From contig NC_010546.1 of NCBI RefSeq assembly GCF_000017845.1, positions 4,230,001 through 4,262,000 on the forward strand: a stretch of DNA of 32,000 bases. The letters run 5' to 3'. Below the pieces are notes generated by a model. The model did no database searches. It was not told the DNA's origin and saw only the letters and a program-made list of their open reading frames with translations. Source of the stretch: Crocosphaera subtropica ATCC 51142 (GTDB taxonomy: Bacteria; Cyanobacteriota; Cyanobacteriia; Cyanobacteriales; Microcystaceae). Each line of letters begins with the position of its first letter. Within the stretch, counting starts at the first letter, position 1. The position numbers and the translations under genes were made by a program. Positions 15,521 to 24,877 of this stretch are shown piece after piece.

Positions 15521-15558
15521 ACTAAAATAAACTAGGGGTTAACGGTGGTTAACCCCTA
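15521..15558 (-). terminator. Rho-independent terminator after the psb32-like gene
   Basis: Perfect 11-bp stem (TAGGGGTTAAC 15533..15543 pairs with GTTAACCCCTA 15548..15558) with a 4-nt loop, followed on the minus strand by GTTTATTTTAGTT. Confidence 0.65.
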
Positions 15559-15589
15559 CTATATCTACTATATAAAGAGTATTCTTTTT

Positions 15590-16279
15590 TTATCGACCTG
15601 GTATCCCCACATACCAAAAATAGGTAGCCATGGGAATAACCGTCGCTAAAACCATTAAGACCACAACCCAGATGGTTGCACTGGTATCGTCCGTATCTTC
15701 AGCACTGGTAAAAGTGCTTTCGATGTTAATTTCTTGAACTTCAGGGGGGCCAGGGTCGGGATTTCCTGCTAAAACAGCCACCAAGCGATCGCCGGCTTCG
15801 AGAAAGGCTTCATTATACTTGGCACTCCGTAGAGGAACCGCAACCGTCTCTTTAACCACACTCGTAGCAATTTCATCGGTTAATAGGGACTCAGTATTGT
15901 CTCCCTGACGCAGAGCGGTTTTATTGGTTAAGGTATCCACCACCAAAATCACTTGGTTCGCCTTTTCTTCGGGGGTCGGATACCATTTATCAAAAATACC
16001 ATCCGCTAACTCTTCCATCGTTAAGCCATAATCTAGGCGACGGACAGCAATGAGTCTGATTTCGTTGCCAGTGTTGTTGGCTAATTTTTTTAATTGACCG
16101 TTTAAGCGGTTTTCATTAGCAAAACTAATGGCATCGGCTTGATCAACCACCCAAGTATCTGATCCTGCACTTAATATGGGGAGATCATAGACTCCAGTGG
16201 CAGCCGCAGGAGTGATCACAGTTCCCAAAGCGATCGCCAAACATAATATTAGTCCTATAAGGTATTTTATCGGTTTCAT
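15590..16279 (-). CDS. psb32: TPM-domain thylakoid-lumen protein (Psb32 / TLP18.3-like)
   Basis: 229 aa with a signal peptide, a TPM/DUF477-type domain (VYDLP...WVVDQADAIS....IRLIAVRRLDYG....WYPTPEEKANQVILVVDTLTN) and a single C-terminal TM helix. This architecture matches Psb32. Confidence 0.65.
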   Translation of the reverse strand: MKPIKYLIGLILCLAIALGTVITPAAATGVYDLPILSAGSDTWVVDQADAISFANENRLNGQLKKLANNTGNEIRLIAVRRLDYGLTMEELADGIFDKWYPTPEEKANQVILVVDTLTNKTALRQGDNTESLLTDEIATSVVKETVAVPLRSAKYNEAFLEAGDRLVAVLAGNPDPGPPEVQEINIESTFTSAEDTDDTSATIWVVVLMVLATVIPMATYFWYVGIPGR

Positions 16280-16598
16280 AGCAAATTGTTGAATGAAGAT
16301 AATAGCTTAATTTTCAACTATTTTGCCATACTCAAGCATCTGTGCAAACTTAAAATGATCCCCCAGTTGCCTTCTCCCTACTCCGACACTCCCTTCTCCC
16401 CCGCAATCCCAACAGGGTCTTCGTGATCTACTAAATCTTCTTATTTCCCTATTCCCTCACTGACCATTTACCGATAATATGAATAATGCTGAATAAACCT
16501 TAACAGTAAAATCAATTTTAGGAAATGGTAAATTCCGCCCCATTTCCTCCCCATCATGGTTAAACCGACGGGGTAGTTAGCGGTTAATTTAAAGATTA

Positions 16599-16844
16599 AT
16601 GAACCAAGAAATATTTGAAAAAGTAAAAAGCATCGTCGTCGAACAACTCGAAGTTGAAGAAGATACAGTGACCCCAGAGGCCAACTTTGCCAACGACTTG
16701 GGGGCTGATTCTTTAGATACAGTAGAATTAGTAATGGCCTTAGAAGAGGAGTTTGACATCGAAATTCCTGATGAAGCGGCTGAAAACATTGGCACTGTCC
16801 AAGCTGCTGTGGACTACATCGAAAAAGAACAAGCTAAAGCTTAA
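16599..16844 (+). CDS. acpP: Acyl carrier protein
   Basis: 81 aa with a [20 protein letters not shown] phosphopantetheine-attachment motif. Antisense ORF 16589..16795 is spurious. Confidence 0.95.
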   Translation: MNQEIFEKVKSIVVEQLEVEEDTVTPEANFANDLGADSLDTVELVMALEEEFDIEIPDEAAENIGTVQAAVDYIEKEQAKA

Positions 16845-16928
16845 TAAACAAAAGTAAGTATCTTTATCCCCCCATCTCCCCTTCTAACTGCAATGCTGGG
16901 TAGATCAATCTTTTAATAAGGGAAAATC

Positions 16929-18179
16929 ATGACGAATTCACAATTAAAGCGAGTAGTGGTAACCGGGTTAGGTGCAATCACCCCCATTGGCAATACCTTA
17001 ACAGACTATTGGCAAGGTTTAATGAGTGGAAAAAGTGGGATCGCTGAGATTACCCATTTTGATCCGTCTAAACACACTTGTCAGATTGCTGGTGAAGTGA
17101 AAGGATTTGACCCCCATAACTACCTAGATCGCAAAGAAGCAAAACGGATGGATCGTTTTGCTCAATTTGGAGTTGCAGCCAGCTTACAAGCATTGGCTGA
17201 TTCCAAGTTAGTGATTAATGACCTTAATGCAGAGCAAATTGGGGTAATCATCGGTACAGGAGTGGGGGGGATCAAAGTCCTCGAAGATCAACAAGAAATT
17301 TATTTAAACCGAGGGCCTAGTCGCTGTAGTCCTTTTATGATTCCTATGATGATCGGCAATATGGCCTCAGGGCTAACAGCTATCCACACAGGGGCTAAAG
17401 GTCCTAATAGTTGTACAGTCACTGCTTGCGCTGCCGGGTCTAATGCTATCGGAGATGCCTTTCGTCTGGTGCAACGAGGTTATGCTAAAGCCATGATTTG
17501 TGGCGGCACAGAAGCTGCTGTTACCCCCTTATCCTTGGCTGGTTTTGCTTCGGCCAGAGCGTTATCAACCCGTAATGAGCAGCCTCAACAGGCAAGTCGT
17601 CCCTTTGACAAGGATCGAGATGGCTTTGTCATGGGGGAAGGGTCAGGTATTTTACTCCTCGAAGAATTAGACCACGCCTTAGAAAGAGGAGCGAAAATTT
17701 ATGGGGAAATTGTGGGTTATGCTATGACTTGTGATGCTTATCACATGACGGCACCTGTCCCCGATGGTGCTGGTGCCACCCGTGCCATAGAATTAGCCCT
17801 CAAAGATGGGGGAATTTCTCCTGAAAAGGTCAGTTATATTAATGCTCACGGAACCAGTACCGCAGCTAACGATGTCACGGAAACCAAAGCCATTAAAAAA
17901 GCGTTAGGGGACCATGCTTATCGTATTGCTGTGAGTTCGACTAAATCCATGACCGGTCATTTATTGGGCGGTTCCGGGGGCATCGAAGCAGTGGCTACAG
18001 TGATGGCGATCGCTAATGATCGCATTCCCCCAACTGTTAATTTAGATAACCCTGATCCTGAGTGCGATCTTGATTATGTGCCTTATGAGAGTCGTCCTTT
18101 AGACATTGATATTGCTTTATCTAATTCTTTTGGCTTTGGGGGCCATAATGTTACATTAGCCTTTAAAAAATACCGTTAA
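16929..18179 (+). CDS. fabF: 3-oxoacyl-ACP synthase II (KAS II)
   Basis: 416 aa with active-site Cys in TACAAGSNAIG, the His pair (AYHMTAP, NAHGTST) and a C-terminal NSFGFGGHN. It is immediately downstream of acpP. Confidence 0.95.
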   Translation: MTNSQLKRVVVTGLGAITPIGNTLTDYWQGLMSGKSGIAEITHFDPSKHTCQIAGEVKGFDPHNYLDRKEAKRMDRFAQFGVAASLQALADSKLVINDLNAEQIGVIIGTGVGGIKVLEDQQEIYLNRGPSRCSPFMIPMMIGNMASGLTAIHTGAKGPNSCTVTACAAGSNAIGDAFRLVQRGYAKAMICGGTEAAVTPLSLAGFASARALSTRNEQPQQASRPFDKDRDGFVMGEGSGILLLEELDHALERGAKIYGEIVGYAMTCDAYHMTAPVPDGAGATRAIELALKDGGISPEKVSYINAHGTSTAANDVTETKAIKKALGDHAYRIAVSSTKSMTGHLLGGSGGIEAVATVMAIANDRIPPTVNLDNPDPECDLDYVPYESRPLDIDIALSNSFGFGGHNVTLAFKKYR

Positions 18180-18563
18180 CTCGGTTTTTTGATTAGTCAA
18201 GTATTGATAAAAAATAAGTTTTTGCCCCTACCTCTAATTATCTTTGGACGTAGGGGATAATATTATTAAGGCGTAAAAATTACCAAATAATTGATGCTAA
18301 GAATCAGTTGAATAAAATCTTGAAAATTTTACCTATGATAAATAGTTTTAAATAACTCCAAAAATGGGCTAAGACATCTAATAGAAATGCCTAGCGATAT
18401 CCCAAAAATAAGATTGTTAGAGAAGACGAGTTTACGTTAGAATGTTGATAAAGGCTTTATTGTAGAAAAAAGCAATCAATAACTCCATTGCTAAAATTTA
18501 AGATAGCAAGGCATTAGTTAAAAAATTGTTAACAAAAATAAAAAAATTACATTCCCTTTCATC

Positions 18564-19826
18564 ATGGACGGAAAATGGCAAATTGGTTCTTTATTGGGTA
18601 TTCCCCTTTATATTGACTCTTCTTGGTTTTTCATTTTGGGGTTAGTTACCCTGGTTAATTCTCAAGAAATAACCCAACTTAACTTAGTGGGAAATCTCTG
18701 GTGGTTGGCCTGGATCGCAGGGCTAATTCTGGCTTTATTGCTCTTTATTTCGGTACTTCTCCACGAATTAGGTCATAGTTTAGTTGCCCTAGCCCAAGGC
18801 ATCAATGTCAATTCTATAACCCTATTTCTGTTTGGGGGAGTAGCAGCCATCGAAAAAGAGTCAGAAAACCCCATCGGGGCGTTTTGGGTAGCCATTGCCG
18901 GACCTTTGGTGAGTTTAGGATTATCAGTTCTCCTATTTACCCTTTTGTACAGTCTTCCGTCTCGTGAAAACTTAGATATGATCGGTCGTTTATCGATTTA
19001 TATGATGGAAGATATTGCAAGGATTAACTTAGTATTAGGGATTTTTAACTTAATTCCTGGCCTCCCTTTAGACGGGGGACAAGTGCTGAAAGCCATTATT
19101 TGGAAACTAAAAGGCGATCGCTTTACAGGGGTGCGTTGGGCGGCCGCTAGTGGTCAATTAATCGGTTGGTTGGGCATTAGTTTCGGTTTGTTGATCATTC
19201 TCTTAACAGGAACTTTGAGTGGACTCTGGATAGTCTTTATTGGTTGGTTTGTACGACGGAACGCAGAAAATTATCAACGCATCACCCAATTACAAGAAAG
19301 TCTCTTAACCATTACCGCCAGGGAAGTGATGACCCGTGAGTTTCGGGTGATTAATGCTCATCTAACCTTAACTCAATTCGCTCAAGATTATCTTCTGAGT
19401 GAACTTCATGATGCTATGGTCTATTTTGCTGCGTCAGAAGGACGGTATCGAGGGTTAATTGTGATTGACGATTTACAGGATATTGAACGCAGTCAGTGGG
19501 ATATTCTCACCTTATGGGACATTGTTCATCCTTTGAATACAATTCCTTCAGTGGGTGAAACAACCCCCGTTGTCACCATTATTGAAAAGTTAGAAGCCAT
19601 CAATCAGCGTTATATTACTGTACTATCCCCTGCCGGTGCCGTAGCAGGAATTATTGATCGGGGGGATATTGTTAAAGCCATCGCAGCTTATCATCAATTA
19701 CCCATTCCTGAGACTGAAATTAAACGCATTAAAGAAGAGGGGACTTATCCGAGTTATTTACAGTTACCAGCGATCGCCAAAACCCTTGACGGTTTAGAAT
19801 CAGTGGATCATAAAAATTTTAGTTGA
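18564..19826 (+). CDS. Site-2 protease family (M50) zinc metalloprotease with C-terminal tandem CBS domains
   Basis: 420 aa with HELGH zinc motif, a downstream NLIPGLPLDGG motif, multiple TM helices, and a CBS-pair-like C-terminal half. Confidence 0.85.
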   Translation: MDGKWQIGSLLGIPLYIDSSWFFILGLVTLVNSQEITQLNLVGNLWWLAWIAGLILALLLFISVLLHELGHSLVALAQGINVNSITLFLFGGVAAIEKESENPIGAFWVAIAGPLVSLGLSVLLFTLLYSLPSRENLDMIGRLSIYMMEDIARINLVLGIFNLIPGLPLDGGQVLKAIIWKLKGDRFTGVRWAAASGQLIGWLGISFGLLIILLTGTLSGLWIVFIGWFVRRNAENYQRITQLQESLLTITAREVMTREFRVINAHLTLTQFAQDYLLSELHDAMVYFAASEGRYRGLIVIDDLQDIERSQWDILTLWDIVHPLNTIPSVGETTPVVTIIEKLEAINQRYITVLSPAGAVAGIIDRGDIVKAIAAYHQLPIPETEIKRIKEEGTYPSYLQLPAIAKTLDGLESVDHKNFS

Positions 19827-19915
19827 GAGGGTAAGGGAACTGGGGAGTAAGGGATAAAGAGCAATTTAAACAACAAGAGATGAGATAATAATGGGATGGG
19901 TTGATATAGGTCAAT

Positions 19916-20590
19916 ATGAGTAAGGAGAATTCTGCATCAGGGTCAAACTCCCCCCAAACCACCATTATTGCCATCATTAATGGCAAAGGGGGGGTAGGAA
20001 AGACTACCACTGCGGTCAATGTGGCTGCTATTTTAGCTGAAACACAAGACGTGTTACTGGTCGATGCTGATCCCCAAGGTTCGGCCAGTTGGTGGACGCA
20101 ACGGGCTAAAGAGGGAATGGATTTTGATTTAACGGAGGAAAATAACCCCAAAATTCTGCAAAAACTGCGTCAGGTAGAAGAATACGATTTAATCGTGGTG
20201 GATACTCCTCCGGCTTTGCGATCTGAAGCCCTAAAATCAGTGATCACCTGTGCAGATTACATCATCTTACCTACACCGCCAGCGGCCATGGATTTAACCG
20301 CACTCATCGAAACGGTTAAAACCGCAGTCATGCCGTTAAAGGTCGCTCATCGGGTATTATTAACAAAAGTAGACTCTCGCAGCTTAAAGGAAACCCTAGA
20401 GGCTCAAAACACCTTACTCGAATTGGGAATTCCTGCTTGTCATGCCTTTGTTCGTCAATACAAAGCCCACGAGAGAGCCGTTTTAGAGGGGGTTCCTATT
20501 ACTGAATGGCGTGGCAAAAATGCGAAAGAAGCTCAAGCTGATTATCGCCGAGTCGTAGAAGAATTACAACGGGATTGGAATCAATTATGA
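19916..20590 (+). CDS. ParA/MinD-family deviant Walker-A ATPase (candidate McdA, carboxysome positioning)
   Basis: 224 aa with deviant Walker [11 protein letters not shown] (signature Lys present) and Walker B LIVVDTPP. No ParB-type partner is present. It is translationally coupled (ATGA at 20587..20590) to a coiled-coil protein. Antisense ORF 19819..20151 is spurious. The ParA family call is solid; the McdA assignment is inference. Confidence 0.8.
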   Translation: MSKENSASGSNSPQTTIIAIINGKGGVGKTTTAVNVAAILAETQDVLLVDADPQGSASWWTQRAKEGMDFDLTEENNPKILQKLRQVEEYDLIVVDTPPALRSEALKSVITCADYIILPTPPAAMDLTALIETVKTAVMPLKVAHRVLLTKVDSRSLKETLEAQNTLLELGIPACHAFVRQYKAHERAVLEGVPITEWRGKNAKEAQADYRRVVEELQRDWNQL

Positions 20591-21153
20591 CAAAAAAAGA
20601 ATTATCAGATTTAATACGAGAAGAAGCCAAAAACAACTCAGAAAGCACTTCTGAAACATTGCAAACTCCGACGGTTCCCAGTAATCGCACTCGTATGACT
20701 AAAGCCCAATTAGATGAACTGATCACCCAATTAAATCAAGCTCTACAACAAGAAAAAAAACAAGTTGATACCTTACAACATCAAGTTAAAACCTTAGAAA
20801 CTGAAATTAATGATGAAAGAGAATTATCGAGTCGTCTCCAAAATGAATTAAAAGAAGCAGAAGACTATCAATCACAATTAAATGAACAAAAACAATTAGT
20901 CGAAAAACTTTATACACAACTACAACAAAAAGAAGAGTTAGCAGTAGAATTAGCGGAAAAAAATGAATTAATTGCCACTTTACAGGCTAAACTACAAGAA
21001 ACCCCTCAACCCCTTGCAACCACTGAATCATCTCAAGAATTACTGGTAAAAGAAACCGCTTTAACTCGACAAGCTAGAGAGTTAGAGCCTTTTGCTGCTC
21101 CGGCTTCAGCCAGTAAACCATTGACGAATGAAGATATTGGCTGGTTTGATTAA
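20587..21153 (+). CDS. Gln-rich coiled-coil protein with a C-terminal Trp (candidate McdB-like ParA adaptor)
   Basis: The track start 20575 is TTG, while ATG 20587 overlaps the ParA stop. About 188 aa: a charged, disordered N-terminus, then a long Q/E/K/L heptad-rich centre ([27 protein letters not shown]...). The only Trp in the protein is third from the end (..NEDIGWFD). Confidence 0.55.
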   Translation: MTKKELSDLIREEAKNNSESTSETLQTPTVPSNRTRMTKAQLDELITQLNQALQQEKKQVDTLQHQVKTLETEINDERELSSRLQNELKEAEDYQSQLNEQKQLVEKLYTQLQQKEELAVELAEKNELIATLQAKLQETPQPLATTESSQELLVKETALTRQARELEPFAAPASASKPLTNEDIGWFD

Positions 21154-21166
21154 AACAGTTAAGTAT

Positions 21167-21194
21167 TCAGCTATCAGCCGTCAGTCATCAGCTT
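21167..21194. repeat. Heptanucleotide tandem repeat (TCAGYYN)x4, STRR-like
   Basis: TCAGCTA TCAGCCG TCAGTCA TCAGCTT, in the spacer between the coiled-coil gene and chlG. Confidence 0.45.
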
Positions 21195-21293
21195 AAAAAA
21201 GTATCCCATCAACTTAGAATGTTGAATGGAATTCAAACCTTCTTCGTTCTCTATAGACTCGACAATTATTAATTATTACTCATTCATTAACCT

Positions 21294-22274
21294 ATGTCTG
21301 ATTCTTCTCCTTCCAAAATTAACGAAAAAAGCAGCAAAACCCGTCAATTATTAGGGATGAAAGGGGCTAATGCTGGAGAAACTTCTATTTGGAAGTTACG
21401 GTTACAGTTAATGAAGCCTATTACTTGGATTCCTTTGATCTGGGGGGTGGTGTGTGGCGCAGCCTCATCAGGGAATTATACCTGGACTTTAGAGAACTTT
21501 TTGCTGGCCGCTGCTTGTATGTTGTTATCAGGTCCTTTAATGGCTGGCTATACCCAAACCCTCAATGATTTCTACGATCGCGAAATTGATGCTATTAATG
21601 AACCCTATCGCCCGATTCCCTCTGGGGCTATTTCTGTCCCCCAGGTAGTCACACAAATCTTATTGTTATTGGGGTTAGGACTGGCGTTAAGTTATGGGTT
21701 AGATCAATGGGTTGGTCATGACCTTCCTATTATGTTGTGTCTAACTTTAGGGGGAGCATTTCTTGCTTATATTTATTCGGCTCCCCCTTTGAAGTTAAAA
21801 CAGAATGGTTGGCTAGGCAATTATGCTCTAGGAGCCAGTTACATTGCTTTACCCTGGTGGGCTGGCCATGCTTTATTTGGGGACTTAAATTGGACAATTG
21901 TTGTCCTCACCCTCTTTTATAGCTTGGCTGGCTTGGGTATTGCCGTGGTTAACGATTTTAAAAGTGTCGAAGGCGATCGCCAACTAGGATTAAAATCCCT
22001 TCCTGTGATGTTTGGGGTTAATACCGCAGCTTGGTTATGTGTGATTATGATTGATGTCTTTCAAGCAGGAATTGGCGCTTATTTGATTTACATTCAAGAA
22101 AATCTCTATGCTGCTATTTTGCTATTATTAGTCATTCCTCAAATCACCTTTCAAGATATGTATTTCCTACGTGATCCCTTAGAAAATGATGTGAAATACC
22201 AGGCCAGCGCACAACCCTTTTTAGTGTTAGGGATGTTAGTGACTGGATTAGCGTTAGGCCATGCAGGGGTCTAA
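21294..22274 (+). CDS. chlG: Chlorophyll a synthase (UbiA-family prenyltransferase)
   Basis: 326 aa with NDFYDREIDAINEPYRPIPSG and a second Asp-rich motif region (VNDFKSVEGDRQLGLKSLPV). Length and N-terminus are typical of cyanobacterial ChlG. Confidence 0.93.
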   Translation: MSDSSPSKINEKSSKTRQLLGMKGANAGETSIWKLRLQLMKPITWIPLIWGVVCGAASSGNYTWTLENFLLAAACMLLSGPLMAGYTQTLNDFYDREIDAINEPYRPIPSGAISVPQVVTQILLLLGLGLALSYGLDQWVGHDLPIMLCLTLGGAFLAYIYSAPPLKLKQNGWLGNYALGASYIALPWWAGHALFGDLNWTIVVLTLFYSLAGLGIAVVNDFKSVEGDRQLGLKSLPVMFGVNTAAWLCVIMIDVFQAGIGAYLIYIQENLYAAILLLLVIPQITFQDMYFLRDPLENDVKYQASAQPFLVLGMLVTGLALGHAGV

Positions 22275-22372
22275 ATTTAAGGAAGAAACCGCAAGGTCAA
22301 CGTAGACAGAGCAGGAGAGGAAGGATTTGATGACAATGAATCATTTTATGCTTTAACTTCCCCCTGCTTTTT

Positions 22373-22642
22373 CTAACGACGAATACCAAGCCGTTTAATT
22401 AGGGTTTGATAGCGATTGGAATCTTTTTTGTTAATATAGCCTAATAAGCGTCGACGACGGCCAATCATTTTAAGGAGTCCTCTACGGGAAGCATGGTCTT
22501 TGGGATTCTGCTTGAGGTGATCGGTTAACTGGGTAATGCGTTTTGTGAGGATCGCCACTTGTAAATCGGCTGATCCGGTGTCAGTTTCGTGAACTTGGTA
22601 TTCACTCATCAAAACTTGTTTTTCACTAGCGGTTAAACTCAT
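22373..22642 (-). CDS. rpsO: 30S ribosomal protein S15
   Basis: 89 aa, with ...GSADLQVAILTKRITQLTDHLKQNPKDHASRRGLLKMIGRRRRLLGYI.... Confidence 0.95.
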   Translation of the reverse strand: MSLTASEKQVLMSEYQVHETDTGSADLQVAILTKRITQLTDHLKQNPKDHASRRGLLKMIGRRRRLLGYINKKDSNRYQTLIKRLGIRR

Positions 22643-22960
22643 AGAAGTAAATCAATAAATGCTGCAATCTCCTATAATATCATTTATTTTTTGATCTAAC
22701 TACCCTGAACAGAGTTAATTATTTTTTTTGGTTCAAAACAACAGACAAGAGGTAATCCGCAAAAGTAATTAGTGTAAAATAGGGTTATTACCTCTCCCTG
22801 CTCCCTTGGCTCCGAATCTCCCCTACTTACTTCACAATAACGTTTATTTGTGTCCAGGTACTTATTAATCAGGTCATTGACCCAGTCAGAGTTTTTGCTT
22901 TAACACTGATTATTGTTTATAGTAAGTTATAGAGTTTTTATATAAATTTAATAAAATAAA

Positions 22961-23500
22961 ATGATGTTAACGTCTACGGATTTTACAGGTTTAATTAATC
23001 AACGTTTTTTTAATAATTTTTTGCCTATTCCTGCTACTAATCAGCTTTTATTAGGAAGTATAGCCCCTGATTTTATTCTACCAGATATTACGAATAATCG
23101 AATGCTAAGATTAGGTGACTATTTTCATCAACAGCCTGTTATCTTAGCTTTTACTCGCATCTTCACGGAAAAACAATATTGTCCTTTTTGTTATCCTCAT
23201 ATTGTTAGTCTCAACAAGTATTATGAGCAGTTTGTTGAACGTGGAGTGGACGTTTTAATGATTACCAGTACCGATACTCAACAGAGTCAAATTGTGGTTC
23301 GAGATTTAGGGTTAAAAATGCCTCTATTAAGTAATCCTGATTGTCAGGTGTTTCGGAAGTATCATACGGGACAAGCTTTAGGCGCACCCCTTCCAGCACA
23401 ATTTGTCTTAGACAAAACAGGAACAATACAATACAAACATTTATTTTCTTTTATGGATCATAATGCCAGTGTTGATCAATTATTGCTGAAAATTTCCTAG
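22961..23500 (+). CDS. AhpC/TSA (redoxin)-family thioredoxin-fold protein with a CPFC motif
   Basis: 179 aa with a BCP/PrxQ-like N-terminal pattern (GSIAPDFILPD...LRLGDY..QPVILAF). The usual T-P-G-C-T peroxidatic motif is replaced by KQYCPFCYPH (nt 23180..23191). Confidence 0.65.
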   Translation: MMLTSTDFTGLINQRFFNNFLPIPATNQLLLGSIAPDFILPDITNNRMLRLGDYFHQQPVILAFTRIFTEKQYCPFCYPHIVSLNKYYEQFVERGVDVLMITSTDTQQSQIVVRDLGLKMPLLSNPDCQVFRKYHTGQALGAPLPAQFVLDKTGTIQYKHLFSFMDHNASVDQLLLKIS

Positions 23501-23541
23501 ATTCAGACACAATTTAATGAGGTGAACTGTTAACACTGAAA

Positions 23542-24717
23542 TCAGGTTTTTTCAAGTTTGCGACTGAGAAGAGACATAGAATAACAAAAGATCCAATAAA
23601 TAGCCGCTACAAAGAGATAAACTTCTCCATAAGTACCAATAAATTTGGGGTTAGCTAAAATGGATTGAGAGATTCCTAATAAATCTACTAACCCCACGAT
23701 CGCTAGTAAAGAAGTGTCTTTAAATAAACTAATAAATTGACCAACGATAGTCGGAATAACGACTCGTAATGCTTGGGGTAATACCACTAAAATTAAGACA
23801 AAAAAGCCATTCAATCCCACTGCCTTAGCTGCTTCAATTTGTCCTTTAGGAACGGATTGCAAACCACCTCTAACATTTTCTGCTAAATAAGCAGCACTAA
23901 ATAAAGTAAATCCTGCAATGGCTCGAACCACTCGTTGAATTCGCATTTCTTGAGGCAAAATCAAGGGTAACATTACCTGTGCCATAAAAAGAATACCGAT
24001 TAAAGGCAACCCCCGAATTAACTCAATATAACCAATGGATAACCAACGAATCACGGGTAAATTGCTCTGTCTTCCTAATGCTAATAATATTCCAAATGGG
24101 AAAGATAAAACAATACTAATTACAGCGACAAAAATGGTTAAAATTAAACCACTAAAATCATCTAATCTGACATCACGCAAAAAGAACGCTCCCTGTAATA
24201 ACCCTAATAAGAGAAAGAAAGTGATAAACCAGAGCAAAGATAACCAATTTTTAAAATTAGGAAATGTTTGAGAAATTTGTTGACCCAGTACAACAAAGAT
24301 GATAAATAAAAATAAAATTGCCAATAGCATTGCACTAGAAATTAAACTAATAGGAATAGCTAATAAAACCGAGAGCAAAGCAATTAAACCTAATAGGGTT
24401 AACTTAACAGGATTAAAGAAATTATTTTTAGGGGATAAAGTTCCCCAAGACAATCCAACTAAACTAATAATGATAGCTAAACTGGTCCAAGCTCTCCATA
24501 ATAAATTAGCAGGATATTGACCAACAAAAAATAAGCGCAAATTTGCGCTAAGAACTCCCCACTGTGCCTGGAAAAATGCCCAATTAATTAATCCTGAACT
24601 AACCCAATAAATAAAAATAAGACTAATTATGGTGAGAAGACTATTAAACCAACTGTTAAACAAATTCTTCTTTATCCAAGCGACAGGACTAAGAGGATTA
24701 GAAATTACCCTAGACAT
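23542..24717 (-). CDS. Amino-acid ABC transporter permease (AapQ/AapM, NatG/NatH-like)
   Basis: 391 aa with an extended multi-TM N-terminus and a C-terminal His/Glu/Gln/Arg-type permease core (EAAKAVGLNGFFVLILVVLPQALRVVIP, an EAA loop). No ATPase or binding-protein gene is adjacent. Antisense ORFs 24035.. and 24299.. are spurious. Confidence 0.8.
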   Translation of the reverse strand: MSRVISNPLSPVAWIKKNLFNSWFNSLLTIISLIFIYWVSSGLINWAFFQAQWGVLSANLRLFFVGQYPANLLWRAWTSLAIIISLVGLSWGTLSPKNNFFNPVKLTLLGLIALLSVLLAIPISLISSAMLLAILFLFIIFVVLGQQISQTFPNFKNWLSLLWFITFFLLLGLLQGAFFLRDVRLDDFSGLILTIFVAVISIVLSFPFGILLALGRQSNLPVIRWLSIGYIELIRGLPLIGILFMAQVMLPLILPQEMRIQRVVRAIAGFTLFSAAYLAENVRGGLQSVPKGQIEAAKAVGLNGFFVLILVVLPQALRVVIPTIVGQFISLFKDTSLLAIVGLVDLLGISQSILANPKFIGTYGEVYLFVAAIYWIFCYSMSLLSRKLEKT

Positions 24718-24877
24718 AATGATATTAAATTAATAATAAATAAAAGTAATAATATAGCACAAAAAAAGAAAATTAGTATGATTCGGTTACACAAAAATTG
24801 AGTCTGTTCTGACCCTTGGTAAAAATTGGGTAAAAGTATGACATATTAGAATAACGTGTTTATCAAATTGCAGAATA

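Noticed and set aside
16521-16547. 8-bp hairpin (GGAAATGG / CCATTTCC) in the acpP upstream region, considered as a possible riboswitch or leader
   Set aside because: It is a single short stem with no recognisable riboswitch core, and I know of no regulatory RNA class for acpP. I cannot assess conservation.
18225-18256. CCCCTAC ... GTAGGGG hairpin after fabF, considered as a terminator
   Set aside because: The 7-bp stem has an 18-nt loop and no U-tract, which is too weak to annotate.
19827-19915. GGGTAAGGGAACTGGGGAGTAAGGGA purine-rich segment, including one ACTGGGG (complement of STRR1 CCCCAGT), considered as another heptamer repeat
   Set aside because: The G-runs are not in a consistent 7-nt phase, and there is only a single STRR1-like unit. 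The same applies to the lone CCCCAGT at 16361..16367.
22310-22368. AGCAGG...CCTGCT pairing between convergent chlG and rpsO, considered as a bidirectional terminator
   Set aside because: Only 6 contiguous bp, with mismatches beyond that, a ~45-nt loop and no flanking U-tract.
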